Of a stretch of DNA of 64,000 nt, positions 57,438-64,000 are shown in pieces (within the stretch, counting starts at the first letter, position 1; every line of letters begins with the position of its first letter). The stretch is taken from assembly GCA_028719205.1 (NCBI GenBank), contig JAQUKH010000009.1, forward strand, positions 1 to 64,000, given 5' to 3'. The notes under the pieces are model-generated. The model made no database searches. It was not told the origin of the DNA and worked only from the letters and a program-made list of their open reading frames with translations. The position numbers and the translations under genes are program-made. Origin of the DNA: a bacterium. GTDB lineage: Bacteria > JACRDZ01 > JAQUKH01.

Positions 57438-57644
57438 ATGGCCAATAAAAATGAAACAAAAAATGAAAAACTTGCAAGGCTTGAAAAGGACTTAAAAGAG
57501 GTAAAGGGGACGTTGCCGGAACATTGTTATGGGAAAAACGGTTATATTGATTATCATAACGCGCCGGTATCCCTGTGGCAAAAGATAGAAGGTTTAGAAG
57601 AAGAAATAAAAGTGCTTAAAAAGGAACTTGGAATAAAAGATTAA
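57438..57644 (+). CDS. Small helical-hairpin hypothetical protein
   Basis: RBS AGGAGG; two amphipathic helices around an 'LPEHC' loop. Confidence 0.7.
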   Translation: MANKNETKNEKLARLEKDLKEVKGTLPEHCYGKNGYIDYHNAPVSLWQKIEGLEEEIKVLKKELGIKD

Positions 57645-59617
57645 TCAGAGGCGCATTGTCTTGCTCTTTCATCTAAAAATTCCAGGCGTTCATAAAGCTT
57701 TTTAATTTCTTCTGTTAAAAAGTTTGATCTGGATCTGGTAGAAGCAACTTCCTGCGAGTTTTTTTTATAAAAAGAGGCATCTGCGAAAAGCGCGAATATT
57801 TTTTTCTGTTCCGCCTCCAACTTTTCTATTTTAGGCATAAGCTCTTCCAGCTCGCGTTTTTCTTTAAATGATAGTTTTTTTAAAGCGGATTTTTCTTTTG
57901 GTTTTACTTGCCCGCCGTGGAGGGTAGGGTCTTTTACTTCCGACTTAGTTTTTTGGGCTGGAGCAAGGGCTTCCTGTTGTACCTTTGTTTCAACTTGTCC
58001 GCCGTGGCGAGCCTGCCCGGCTAGGAGGGACTGGCTTAGGTAATCATCATATCCGCCGGGATATTCATTGATCACTCCGTCCCCTTCAAAGCAGATCGTT
58101 GAAGTTACAACATTATTAATGAAAGATCTATCATGGCTGACCAGAAGGAGGGTGCCCTGGTATTCAAGCAGTAATTCTTCCAGAAGTTCCAGCGTTTCGA
58201 TATCAAGGTCGTTTGTTGGTTCATCCATCACGAGCAGATTAAAAGGTTTTGTAAAAAGCCTTGCAAGAAGAAGGCGGTTGCGTTCTCCTCCTGAAAGGAC
58301 TTTTGCCGGTGATCTGGCTCGATCCGGTGGAAAAAGAAATTCCTGCAGATAACCGATAATATGTTTGGGTTTTCCGTTTATGACCACTGTGTCATTATTG
58401 CCGCAGACGTTTTGAATTACACTTTTTTCTCCATCCAGCTGTTCCCGTAATTGATCGTAATAAGCAATTTCAAGGTTGGTGCCAAGTATTACTTTACCTT
58501 TTTGAGGAACAAGCTGACCAAGAAGCAGCCGTAACAATGTTGATTTACCGCATCCGTTCGGGCCGAGTATTCCTATTTTATCACCCCGTGAAATTATGGT
58601 TGTAAAATCCTGTATCAGGTGATTGTTTCCATAAGCATGTCCTAATTTTATCGCTTTTATTACCTGTTCGCCTGAAATAGAGGCTCCCTGCAGATTTACG
58701 CGGACTAATCCTGTTTGTTTACGCTGAGTTTTCTTTGTTGCGCGTAAACTCTCCAAAGCCCTTACCCGGCCTTCATTACGGCACCGGCGCGCTTTAACCC
58801 CACGCCTTATCCAGACTTCTTCCTGAGCTAATTTTTTATCGAATTTATCCCATTGGGATTCTTCAGCATCCAGCACCGCCTGTTTACGTTCGAGGAATGT
58901 TTTGTAATCACATTGCCAATTATATATTTTCCCGCGATCGAGTTCAATAATCCTTGTAGCGATATCAGTCATGAACATCCGGTCATGTGTGACAAAAAAT
59001 ATTGTGCCGGGATAATCCTTAAGAAATTGTTCGAGCCAGTTTATCGATTCTATATCAAGATGGTTCGTCGGTTCATCCAGTAAAAGTACTTCCGGTTTTA
59101 AAGCCAGGGCTCGCGCTAATAAGACCCGACGTTTTTGCCCACCTGATAATTTTTCAAAATCGCTTTCAGGGTCAAGTTTAACATGTTTGATGATATCTTC
59201 GATCTGATCGTTAACATCCCAGCCTTCTGAGTGGTCCAGTTCAGCTTGCAGGATGCCAAGCTGTTTCATCAATTCCGGAGTATGTTCTGTCTGCAGGCGG
59301 GCGGTAAGGTGATGGTAATCACTTAAAAGCTTTCCGGATCTGCCTAAACCGGACAGGACAATATCAAAAATATTTCCTTTTATATCTGAGGGGACTTCCT
59401 GCGGCAAATGAGCTACCTGGATTCCTTTCTGAACGACAACAAGCCCGGTGTTTATTTTTAACTGGCCCGCGAGAACTTTCATTAAAGTAGTTTTCCCTGC
59501 GCCGTTACGTCCAAGCAGGGCTATACGTTCTCCCGGTTCCACCTGAAGATTTAATTTATCAAAAATAAGCGGCCCGCCAAAAGCGAGCGTGATTTCCTGT
59601 AAACTGATTAATGCCAT
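57641..59617 (-). CDS. uup: ABC-F family ATPase Uup
   Basis: Two ABC domains (GRNGAGKT, GPNGCGKS, LSGG, DEPTN), 'EEVWIRRGVKARR.RNEGRVRAL', C-terminal 'KLSFKE.REL'. Confidence 0.93.
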   Translation of the reverse strand: MALISLQEITLAFGGPLIFDKLNLQVEPGERIALLGRNGAGKTTLMKVLAGQLKINTGLVVVQKGIQVAHLPQEVPSDIKGNIFDIVLSGLGRSGKLLSDYHHLTARLQTEHTPELMKQLGILQAELDHSEGWDVNDQIEDIIKHVKLDPESDFEKLSGGQKRRVLLARALALKPEVLLLDEPTNHLDIESINWLEQFLKDYPGTIFFVTHDRMFMTDIATRIIELDRGKIYNWQCDYKTFLERKQAVLDAEESQWDKFDKKLAQEEVWIRRGVKARRCRNEGRVRALESLRATKKTQRKQTGLVRVNLQGASISGEQVIKAIKLGHAYGNNHLIQDFTTIISRGDKIGILGPNGCGKSTLLRLLLGQLVPQKGKVILGTNLEIAYYDQLREQLDGEKSVIQNVCGNNDTVVINGKPKHIIGYLQEFLFPPDRARSPAKVLSGGERNRLLLARLFTKPFNLLVMDEPTNDLDIETLELLEELLLEYQGTLLLVSHDRSFINNVVTSTICFEGDGVINEYPGGYDDYLSQSLLAGQARHGGQVETKVQQEALAPAQKTKSEVKDPTLHGGQVKPKEKSALKKLSFKEKRELEELMPKIEKLEAEQKKIFALFADASFYKKNSQEVASTRSRSNFLTEEIKKLYERLEFLDERARQCASD

Positions 59618-59665
59618 ATAAAAACCTTATTAAGTATTTTGATGAAAATGGGTAATAAAAAAACT

Positions 59666-59689
59666 AAGGGCGATATATGAATCGCCCTT
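59666..59689. repeat. REP-like hairpin (may act as a terminator)
   Basis: aagggcgat-atatga-atcgccctt flanked by A and T tracts. Confidence 0.6.
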
Positions 59690-59749
59690 TTTGTTGATCC
59701 TGTTATTTTTGCCTGCCTGCGGCAGGCAGTAATGTAAAATTAAAACTTA

Positions 59750-59860
59750 TTATTTTTTCTTGTGACTCGCGCAGAATTTTGATTTGCCTGACGCGAAATT
59801 TTTACATTTTTTGCCTTCTTTTGTTTTACCTGCGCAACAAGCTTTTTTTGCATTTGCCAT
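59750..59860 (-). CDS. 36-aa basic CCCH zinc-finger microprotein (DUF5763-like)
   Basis: RBS AAGGAG 5 nt before ATG; MANAKKACCAGKTKEGKKCKNFASGKSKFCASHKKK. Not in the ORF track. Confidence 0.75.
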   Translation of the reverse strand: MANAKKACCAGKTKEGKKCKNFASGKSKFCASHKKK

Positions 59861-60007
59861 GTATTCTCCTTTTCGAATTAAAGACGGAAAAAATTATCCA
59901 TCCTGCGGTTAATACTCCAACCAGTTATATCGACAATCTAACAAATAATCTTAATTTTTTTATATTATAGCACTCTTTGCGCAGGAAATCAGATTTAATT
60001 TTAAATT

Positions 60008-60283
60008 TTATTTAATATTGGTTTTATTAATTCTTATTTTTCTTTTCAGGATCATCTCTTTTTTTTCTTTTGGAAGTTTTTTTATCGCGCTTTCGAGCCT
60101 GAGCGCTCTGCCTTTTTTCCCGATTTTTTTCTTAAATACTAATTCCAGGGGTGATTTTCCTCTTAAATATTTTGAGCCTTTACCCTCCTGATGTTCCTTA
60201 AACCTTCTTTTTATATCAGTTGTAATACCTGTGTATAAACTTTTATTTTTACATCTTATTATATACAAAAACCAGTTGATCAT
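60008..60283 (-). CDS. GIY-YIG nuclease family protein (YhbQ/UPF0213-like)
   Basis: 'WFLYII.C...SLYTGITTD..RR..EH..GKG.KY.RG...ALRLE..IKKL'. Confidence 0.93.
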   Translation of the reverse strand: MINWFLYIIRCKNKSLYTGITTDIKRRFKEHQEGKGSKYLRGKSPLELVFKKKIGKKGRALRLESAIKKLPKEKKEMILKRKIRINKTNIK

Positions 60284-60287
60284 TAAA

Positions 60288-60378
60288 TTGTCCCCTTCGA
60301 GGATAACAAGGACTAGAAGCGGAAAGAACCTGGCTTTCAGCCATCCCGATAAAATCGGGACGCTTAAGTCTTGTTTAT
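60288..60378. repeat. ~80-bp hairpin repeat copy 2 with nested ATCCCGATAAAATCGGGA palindrome
   Basis: Matches 41787-41868, except that agaacctta is replaced by atcccgataaaatcggga. Confidence 0.9.
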
Positions 60379-60380
60379 TC

Positions 60381-60542
60381 CTAGCTAAACTTGTAACCTA
60401 ACCATACGCCGATCATTCCACCGGCGCCGCTTCCAAGTATAGAGGCAACAGAAAATGTGTCAGCTCCCAGAAATATAACAAAATACTGTCCAATAATTGA
60501 GCCGGCGATCATTCCGATCAGGATCATTGTTTTTCGAGACAT
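60381..60542 (-). CDS. Small glycine-zipper membrane protein (~53 aa)
   Basis: MSRKTMILIGMIAGSIIG...GSGAGGMIGVWLGYKFS has two GxxxG-rich TM segments; start uncertain. Confidence 0.7.
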   Translation of the reverse strand: MSRKTMILIGMIAGSIIGQYFVIFLGADTFSVASILGSGAGGMIGVWLGYKFS

Positions 60543-60732
60543 AATGTTAAGCATACTACTATTTTTAATGGTTCTCAAGTTTTTTTATTTGTTGCCACTT
60601 TTTTCTAAGCATAATATAATAACAGAGTATGAAAAATGAAAAAATACCGTGCTAAAATAAAAAAATAAGTTTTTTACAAATTTTAAAAAATTTGGTATCA
60701 TAGATAGTTGCAATTTCAATAAGGAAAAGATT

Positions 60733-61617
60733 GTGAGATCAAAAAGGATATTTATATTAACTTTATTTTTTGGGCTTTTATTTGGTTTGGGAGATTCTCA
60801 ATCACAGACAAGCTCAGAAAAAATACAAGAGACTATTGATTTGCTTAAAAATCGGGATAGTGATATTCGTAAGAAAGCTGTAATGGAATTAGGCGAATTA
60901 AAGGACGGGCGCGCGGTAAAGAGCCTTATCGATACGTTTCAGGATAGTAATGCGAATATCCGGGAGGAAGCATCCGCAGCTTTATGCAAAATAGGTAAAC
61001 CTGCGATAGAGACCCTTATATCGGTACTCAGAGATGATAACGACAATCTTCGTGAAGGAGCCGCAAAAACTTTGAGTTGTATGGGTAAAACCTCAGTGGA
61101 TTTACTTATTTTAGAGCTTAAAAATACTTTCAGTTCTCTACATAAAGAAGTAATGGATGTACTTACTAAAATGGGCAATCCTGCCGTTGAACCGCTTATT
61201 AACACGCTTATAAATGATGAGGATACTGATGTTAAATTAAAAGCGGCTGAAGTTCTGGGCAGAATAGGGGATGTGCGCGCGGTTGACCCTCTTATAGCAT
61301 TTTTAAAATATAGAGAGGATATGTTCCTTCAATGCAGTGTGGCAGTTGCTTTAGGTAATATTAAAGATGCACGGGCGGTAGATCCGCTGATAGAAGCCTT
61401 TAAAACTGAAGAAGGCGGTGTCCGTCTGGCAGTATTGGACTCTTTAACTAAAATAAAAGATAAACGCGCGGTGGCACCTATGGTTGATATGATTAAGAAA
61501 GATAAAAGTATTCAGGCTGAATTAGTAAAAAGCCTGGCTAATTTAATGGACAGTACTGAATTTGAAGCGTTTATTCTTGCCAATAAAGATGAACTTAATA
61601 ATGTATTAGATAAATAA
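60733..61617 (+). CDS. Exported HEAT/PBS-lyase repeat protein
   Basis: Signal peptide; repeats 'VR..AA.ALG.I.D.RAV.PLI'. Confidence 0.88.
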   Translation: MRSKRIFILTLFFGLLFGLGDSQSQTSSEKIQETIDLLKNRDSDIRKKAVMELGELKDGRAVKSLIDTFQDSNANIREEASAALCKIGKPAIETLISVLRDDNDNLREGAAKTLSCMGKTSVDLLILELKNTFSSLHKEVMDVLTKMGNPAVEPLINTLINDEDTDVKLKAAEVLGRIGDVRAVDPLIAFLKYREDMFLQCSVAVALGNIKDARAVDPLIEAFKTEEGGVRLAVLDSLTKIKDKRAVAPMVDMIKKDKSIQAELVKSLANLMDSTEFEAFILANKDELNNVLDK

Positions 61618-61638
61618 TAATAACCGACTTGACAATTT

Positions 61639-62574
61639 ATGGCTAAAAAGATAATTTTGTATATAATTCCGTTTTTTTTGCTGTTTTTGTTTGTTTTATA
61701 TTCTAATGTCCTGTCGGTTAAAGCTTCAGGAGAAAAAAAACCCGCCGTTATTTACGGTAAGAATAATTATATTTTAAAGAATCCTTCAGGTGTGGCAATA
61801 AATAAAACCAGCAAAAATATATATGTGACTGATACTGTAAACAGCAGAGTAGTGATTTTTAATCCTTCAGGCCAGTTTCTTTCTTCTTTTGGAGAAAAAG
61901 GAAAGGGTGAAGGACAATTTAATCTGCCTTATGATATCGCGATCGGGCCTGATGGAACTATCTATGTGAATGACCTTTCATCATATTTTATTCAGGTATT
62001 TGATCCTGATGGAAAGTTTAAATTTCGTTTTGGTAAACCGGGCAAAAAAAAGGATCAGTTCATCCTGCCTTTTGGTTTAGATGTAGATGCTAATGGCAAT
62101 GTTTATGTAGTTGATGTTGAAAATAATACTGTTCAGATCTTTACGGGACAGGGGCAATTTATGAAGAAGTTTGGCCAAAGCGGGGCAAGAAATGGCGAGT
62201 TTTCGCAACCTTCAGATGTCGCGATAGATAAAAATGGGAATATATATGTAGTTGAGATGCGTAACTGCCGCGTGCAGGTATTTGATAAAGATGGTAATTA
62301 TAAATTCAAATTTGCTCAACCGGGGTCAGGGCCAGGTGATCTTTCTTCTCCAAAAGGGATAGCTATATCTTCTGATGGAATGATATATGTCAGCGATTCA
62401 GGGAATGACAGGATCTCTGTTTTTTTAAAAAATGGATTATTCACTGAGTTTCGCGGAGATAAAGATGAATTAAAGGGAATAGAAAAAATAAATATTGATG
62501 ATGATAATTATTTATATATTCCAGATTCGCAAAACAGCAGAATAAGGATTTTTAGTATAGGAAATGGTTTATAA
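61639..62574 (+). CDS. NHL-repeat six-bladed beta-propeller protein
   Basis: Six 'F..P.GIA.D..G.IYV.D..N.R.Q.F' repeats; N-terminal hydrophobic segment. Confidence 0.9.
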   Translation: MAKKIILYIIPFFLLFLFVLYSNVLSVKASGEKKPAVIYGKNNYILKNPSGVAINKTSKNIYVTDTVNSRVVIFNPSGQFLSSFGEKGKGEGQFNLPYDIAIGPDGTIYVNDLSSYFIQVFDPDGKFKFRFGKPGKKKDQFILPFGLDVDANGNVYVVDVENNTVQIFTGQGQFMKKFGQSGARNGEFSQPSDVAIDKNGNIYVVEMRNCRVQVFDKDGNYKFKFAQPGSGPGDLSSPKGIAISSDGMIYVSDSGNDRISVFLKNGLFTEFRGDKDELKGIEKINIDDDNYLYIPDSQNSRIRIFSIGNGL

Positions 62575-63010
62575 TTTGTAGTATGAAGTTGCTGTAGATC
62601 CCTGCCAGAATATCATCCGCCATTATGCCGGTCCCGCCGGGAAATTTTTGTAAATATGAGATCGGAAAAGGCTTCCAGATGTCAAAGATCCTGAATAAAG
62701 TAAAACCAAAGAAAATAAATTTAATGTTCAAGGGGATGAAAAGCATTGTTATAAGAAATCCGGCTATTTCATCAATAATGATCTTGGGGCTGTCATGTTC
62801 ATCAAATATGGTTTCTGCCAAAGAGGATATTTCTATTCCTAATATGATAAATAGAGTCGTGAAAATAATATAGATTTTGGGGCCCTTTAGAGAAAGAATA
62901 AAATATAAAGGAATACCTATTAATGTTCCAAGTGTTCCGGGCGCGACAGGGGAATATCCAACAAAAAAGCTCGCGAAAAATTTCACAAGCTTTTTCTGCA
63001 GTTTATCCAT
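62552..63010 (-). CDS. pgpA: Phosphatidylglycerophosphatase A
   Basis: 'APGTLGT', 'HD...IIIDE..G', 'FRIFDI.KP.PI', 'GIMADD..AG'. Confidence 0.95.
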   Translation of the reverse strand: MDKLQKKLVKFFASFFVGYSPVAPGTLGTLIGIPLYFILSLKGPKIYIIFTTLFIILGIEISSLAETIFDEHDSPKIIIDEIAGFLITMLFIPLNIKFIFFGFTLFRIFDIWKPFPISYLQKFPGGTGIMADDILAGIYSNFILQIINHFLY

Positions 63011-63611
63011 TTATCAATTCCTTGTTTTTATTGTAGTATTCAATGCCGGAAAGGACGGTAACTATTACTGTTGAAAACATTAAATAATATGGGCCTGAAA
63101 TAAAGATCCACAAGGTTAATTTGTCTAAAAACGTATTATGACTGAAGATCTGTTCTATGGGGACAAAAAAACGGGTGAAAGTATCCCTGAAAAGAATAAG
63201 ACAAATGCTTACTATGATAACCTCAAGCTGGTTTATGGTTTTATATTTGCCCGATTCTCTGGCCGGAATAACGTCGCCGTTAGAACTGGACAGTATACGG
63301 ATCCCCATGACCATAAATTCCCTGCCCAGTATAATGATAACCATCCAACCGGGGATGATCTTTCTTTCCGTGAAGGAAAGTAAGGCGCAAAGGAGCAGCA
63401 GTTTATCCGCTAAGGGATCAAGCATCTGGCCGAATTTCGAAACAACATTGTAGCGTCTCGCAAGATGGCCGTCATAAAAATCAGTGATAGTAGCAATGAT
63501 AAAACACAGAAACGCCAAATAATTCAAAAATAAATTATTGAATTCAAAAAGAAAATAGAATATTACCGCGAAAAAAATTCGGGAGATGGTGATTTTATTT
63601 ACTAGATGCAT
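63003..63611 (-). CDS. pgsA: CDP-diacylglycerol--glycerol-3-phosphate 3-phosphatidyltransferase
   Basis: 'TDFYDGHLARR...S.FG..LDPLADK', 'GREF', 'GKYKT'. Confidence 0.95.
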   Translation of the reverse strand: MHLVNKITISRIFFAVIFYFLFEFNNLFLNYLAFLCFIIATITDFYDGHLARRYNVVSKFGQMLDPLADKLLLLCALLSFTERKIIPGWMVIIILGREFMVMGIRILSSSNGDVIPARESGKYKTINQLEVIIVSICLILFRDTFTRFFVPIEQIFSHNTFLDKLTLWIFISGPYYLMFSTVIVTVLSGIEYYNKNKELING

Positions 63612-64000
63612 TTTTATTCAGTTTGGCGTTAATTTTATTCCTGACTATGTCAGGAACAAGCCCGTTAATGTTTCCGCCGTAGGAGGCGATCTCTTTTATT
63701 ACACTTGAAGAGACATATGAATATATCTCATTCGGCATGAGGAAAACCGTTTCAATTTTGTCATCCAGTTTACGGTTCATCAAAGCCATCTGGAATTCAT
63801 ATTCAAAATCAGTCATAGCCCTAACCCCGCGGATAATGACATGGGCCTTCTGTTTATTAACATAATTTATCAATAACCCGTCCAGTGAATCCACTTTAAC
63901 CCGTTTAAGTTTTTTGAGGGAATCTGTTAGCATTTCCAGTCTTTCTTCAAGCGTGAAAAAAGGTTCTTTATGCGGATGTTTCGCCACAGCTATGATAATA
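63595..64000 (-). CDS. coaD: Phosphopantetheine adenylyltransferase (5' end outside the window)
   Basis: 'K.PFFTLEER', 'IIRGVRAMTDFEYEFQMALMN', 'YVSSS..KE.A..GG'. Confidence 0.95.
   Translation of the reverse strand, partial: IIIAVAKHPHKEPFFTLEERLEMLTDSLKKLKRVKVDSLDGLLINYVNKQKAHVIIRGVRAMTDFEYEFQMALMNRKLDDKIETVFLMPNEIYSYVSSSVIKEIASYGGNINGLVPDIVRNKINAKLNKNASSK

Noticed and set aside
59779-59970. 63-aa plus-strand ORF
   Set aside because: The opposite strand has a better ORF with an RBS and a zinc-finger motif (59750-59860).

Overview
AT-rich chromosome window from an apparently diderm, probably anaerobic bacterium; taxonomy cannot be fixed from the sequence. (1) 1-4,850: accessory island downstream of tRNA-Gln(TTG). 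It holds three probable defence or nuclease genes (DUF4041/T5orf172, Schlafen/AlbA_2 fusion, PD-(D/E)xK-like), each preceded by a degenerate attC-like hairpin, and the array is bracketed by ~28-bp direct repeats. (2) 4.9-11 kb: core minus-strand genes (tRNA-Gln, spoVG, ispE, TPR lipoprotein, DJ-1, propeller lipoprotein, WcaJ-type transferase). (3) 11.2-37 kb: the standout feature, a ~26-kb complex I-like operon. It has SIX antiporter-like subunits, a NuoL-tailed subunit whose lateral-helix region is ~160 aa longer than usual and built from repeats, a novel membrane subunit, a 1788-aa tandem NuoG/FdhF fusion with Glu at the Cys/Sec site, two NuoEF modules (one canonical, one HydB-like/bifurcating type) and two stand-alone cNMP-binding proteins. 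(4) 38-49.4 kb: CsoR/CopA copper locus with an uncharacterised OM-barrel/ABC/redoxin/YHS cluster. (5) 49.4-64 kb: mixed genes (ppaC, tex, broken TA pair, two Hsp20s, uup, GIY-YIG, HEAT, NHL, pgpA, pgsA, coaD). Several palindromic repeat families are dispersed, some inserted in frame in genes. All calls come from motif reading; no database searches were run.
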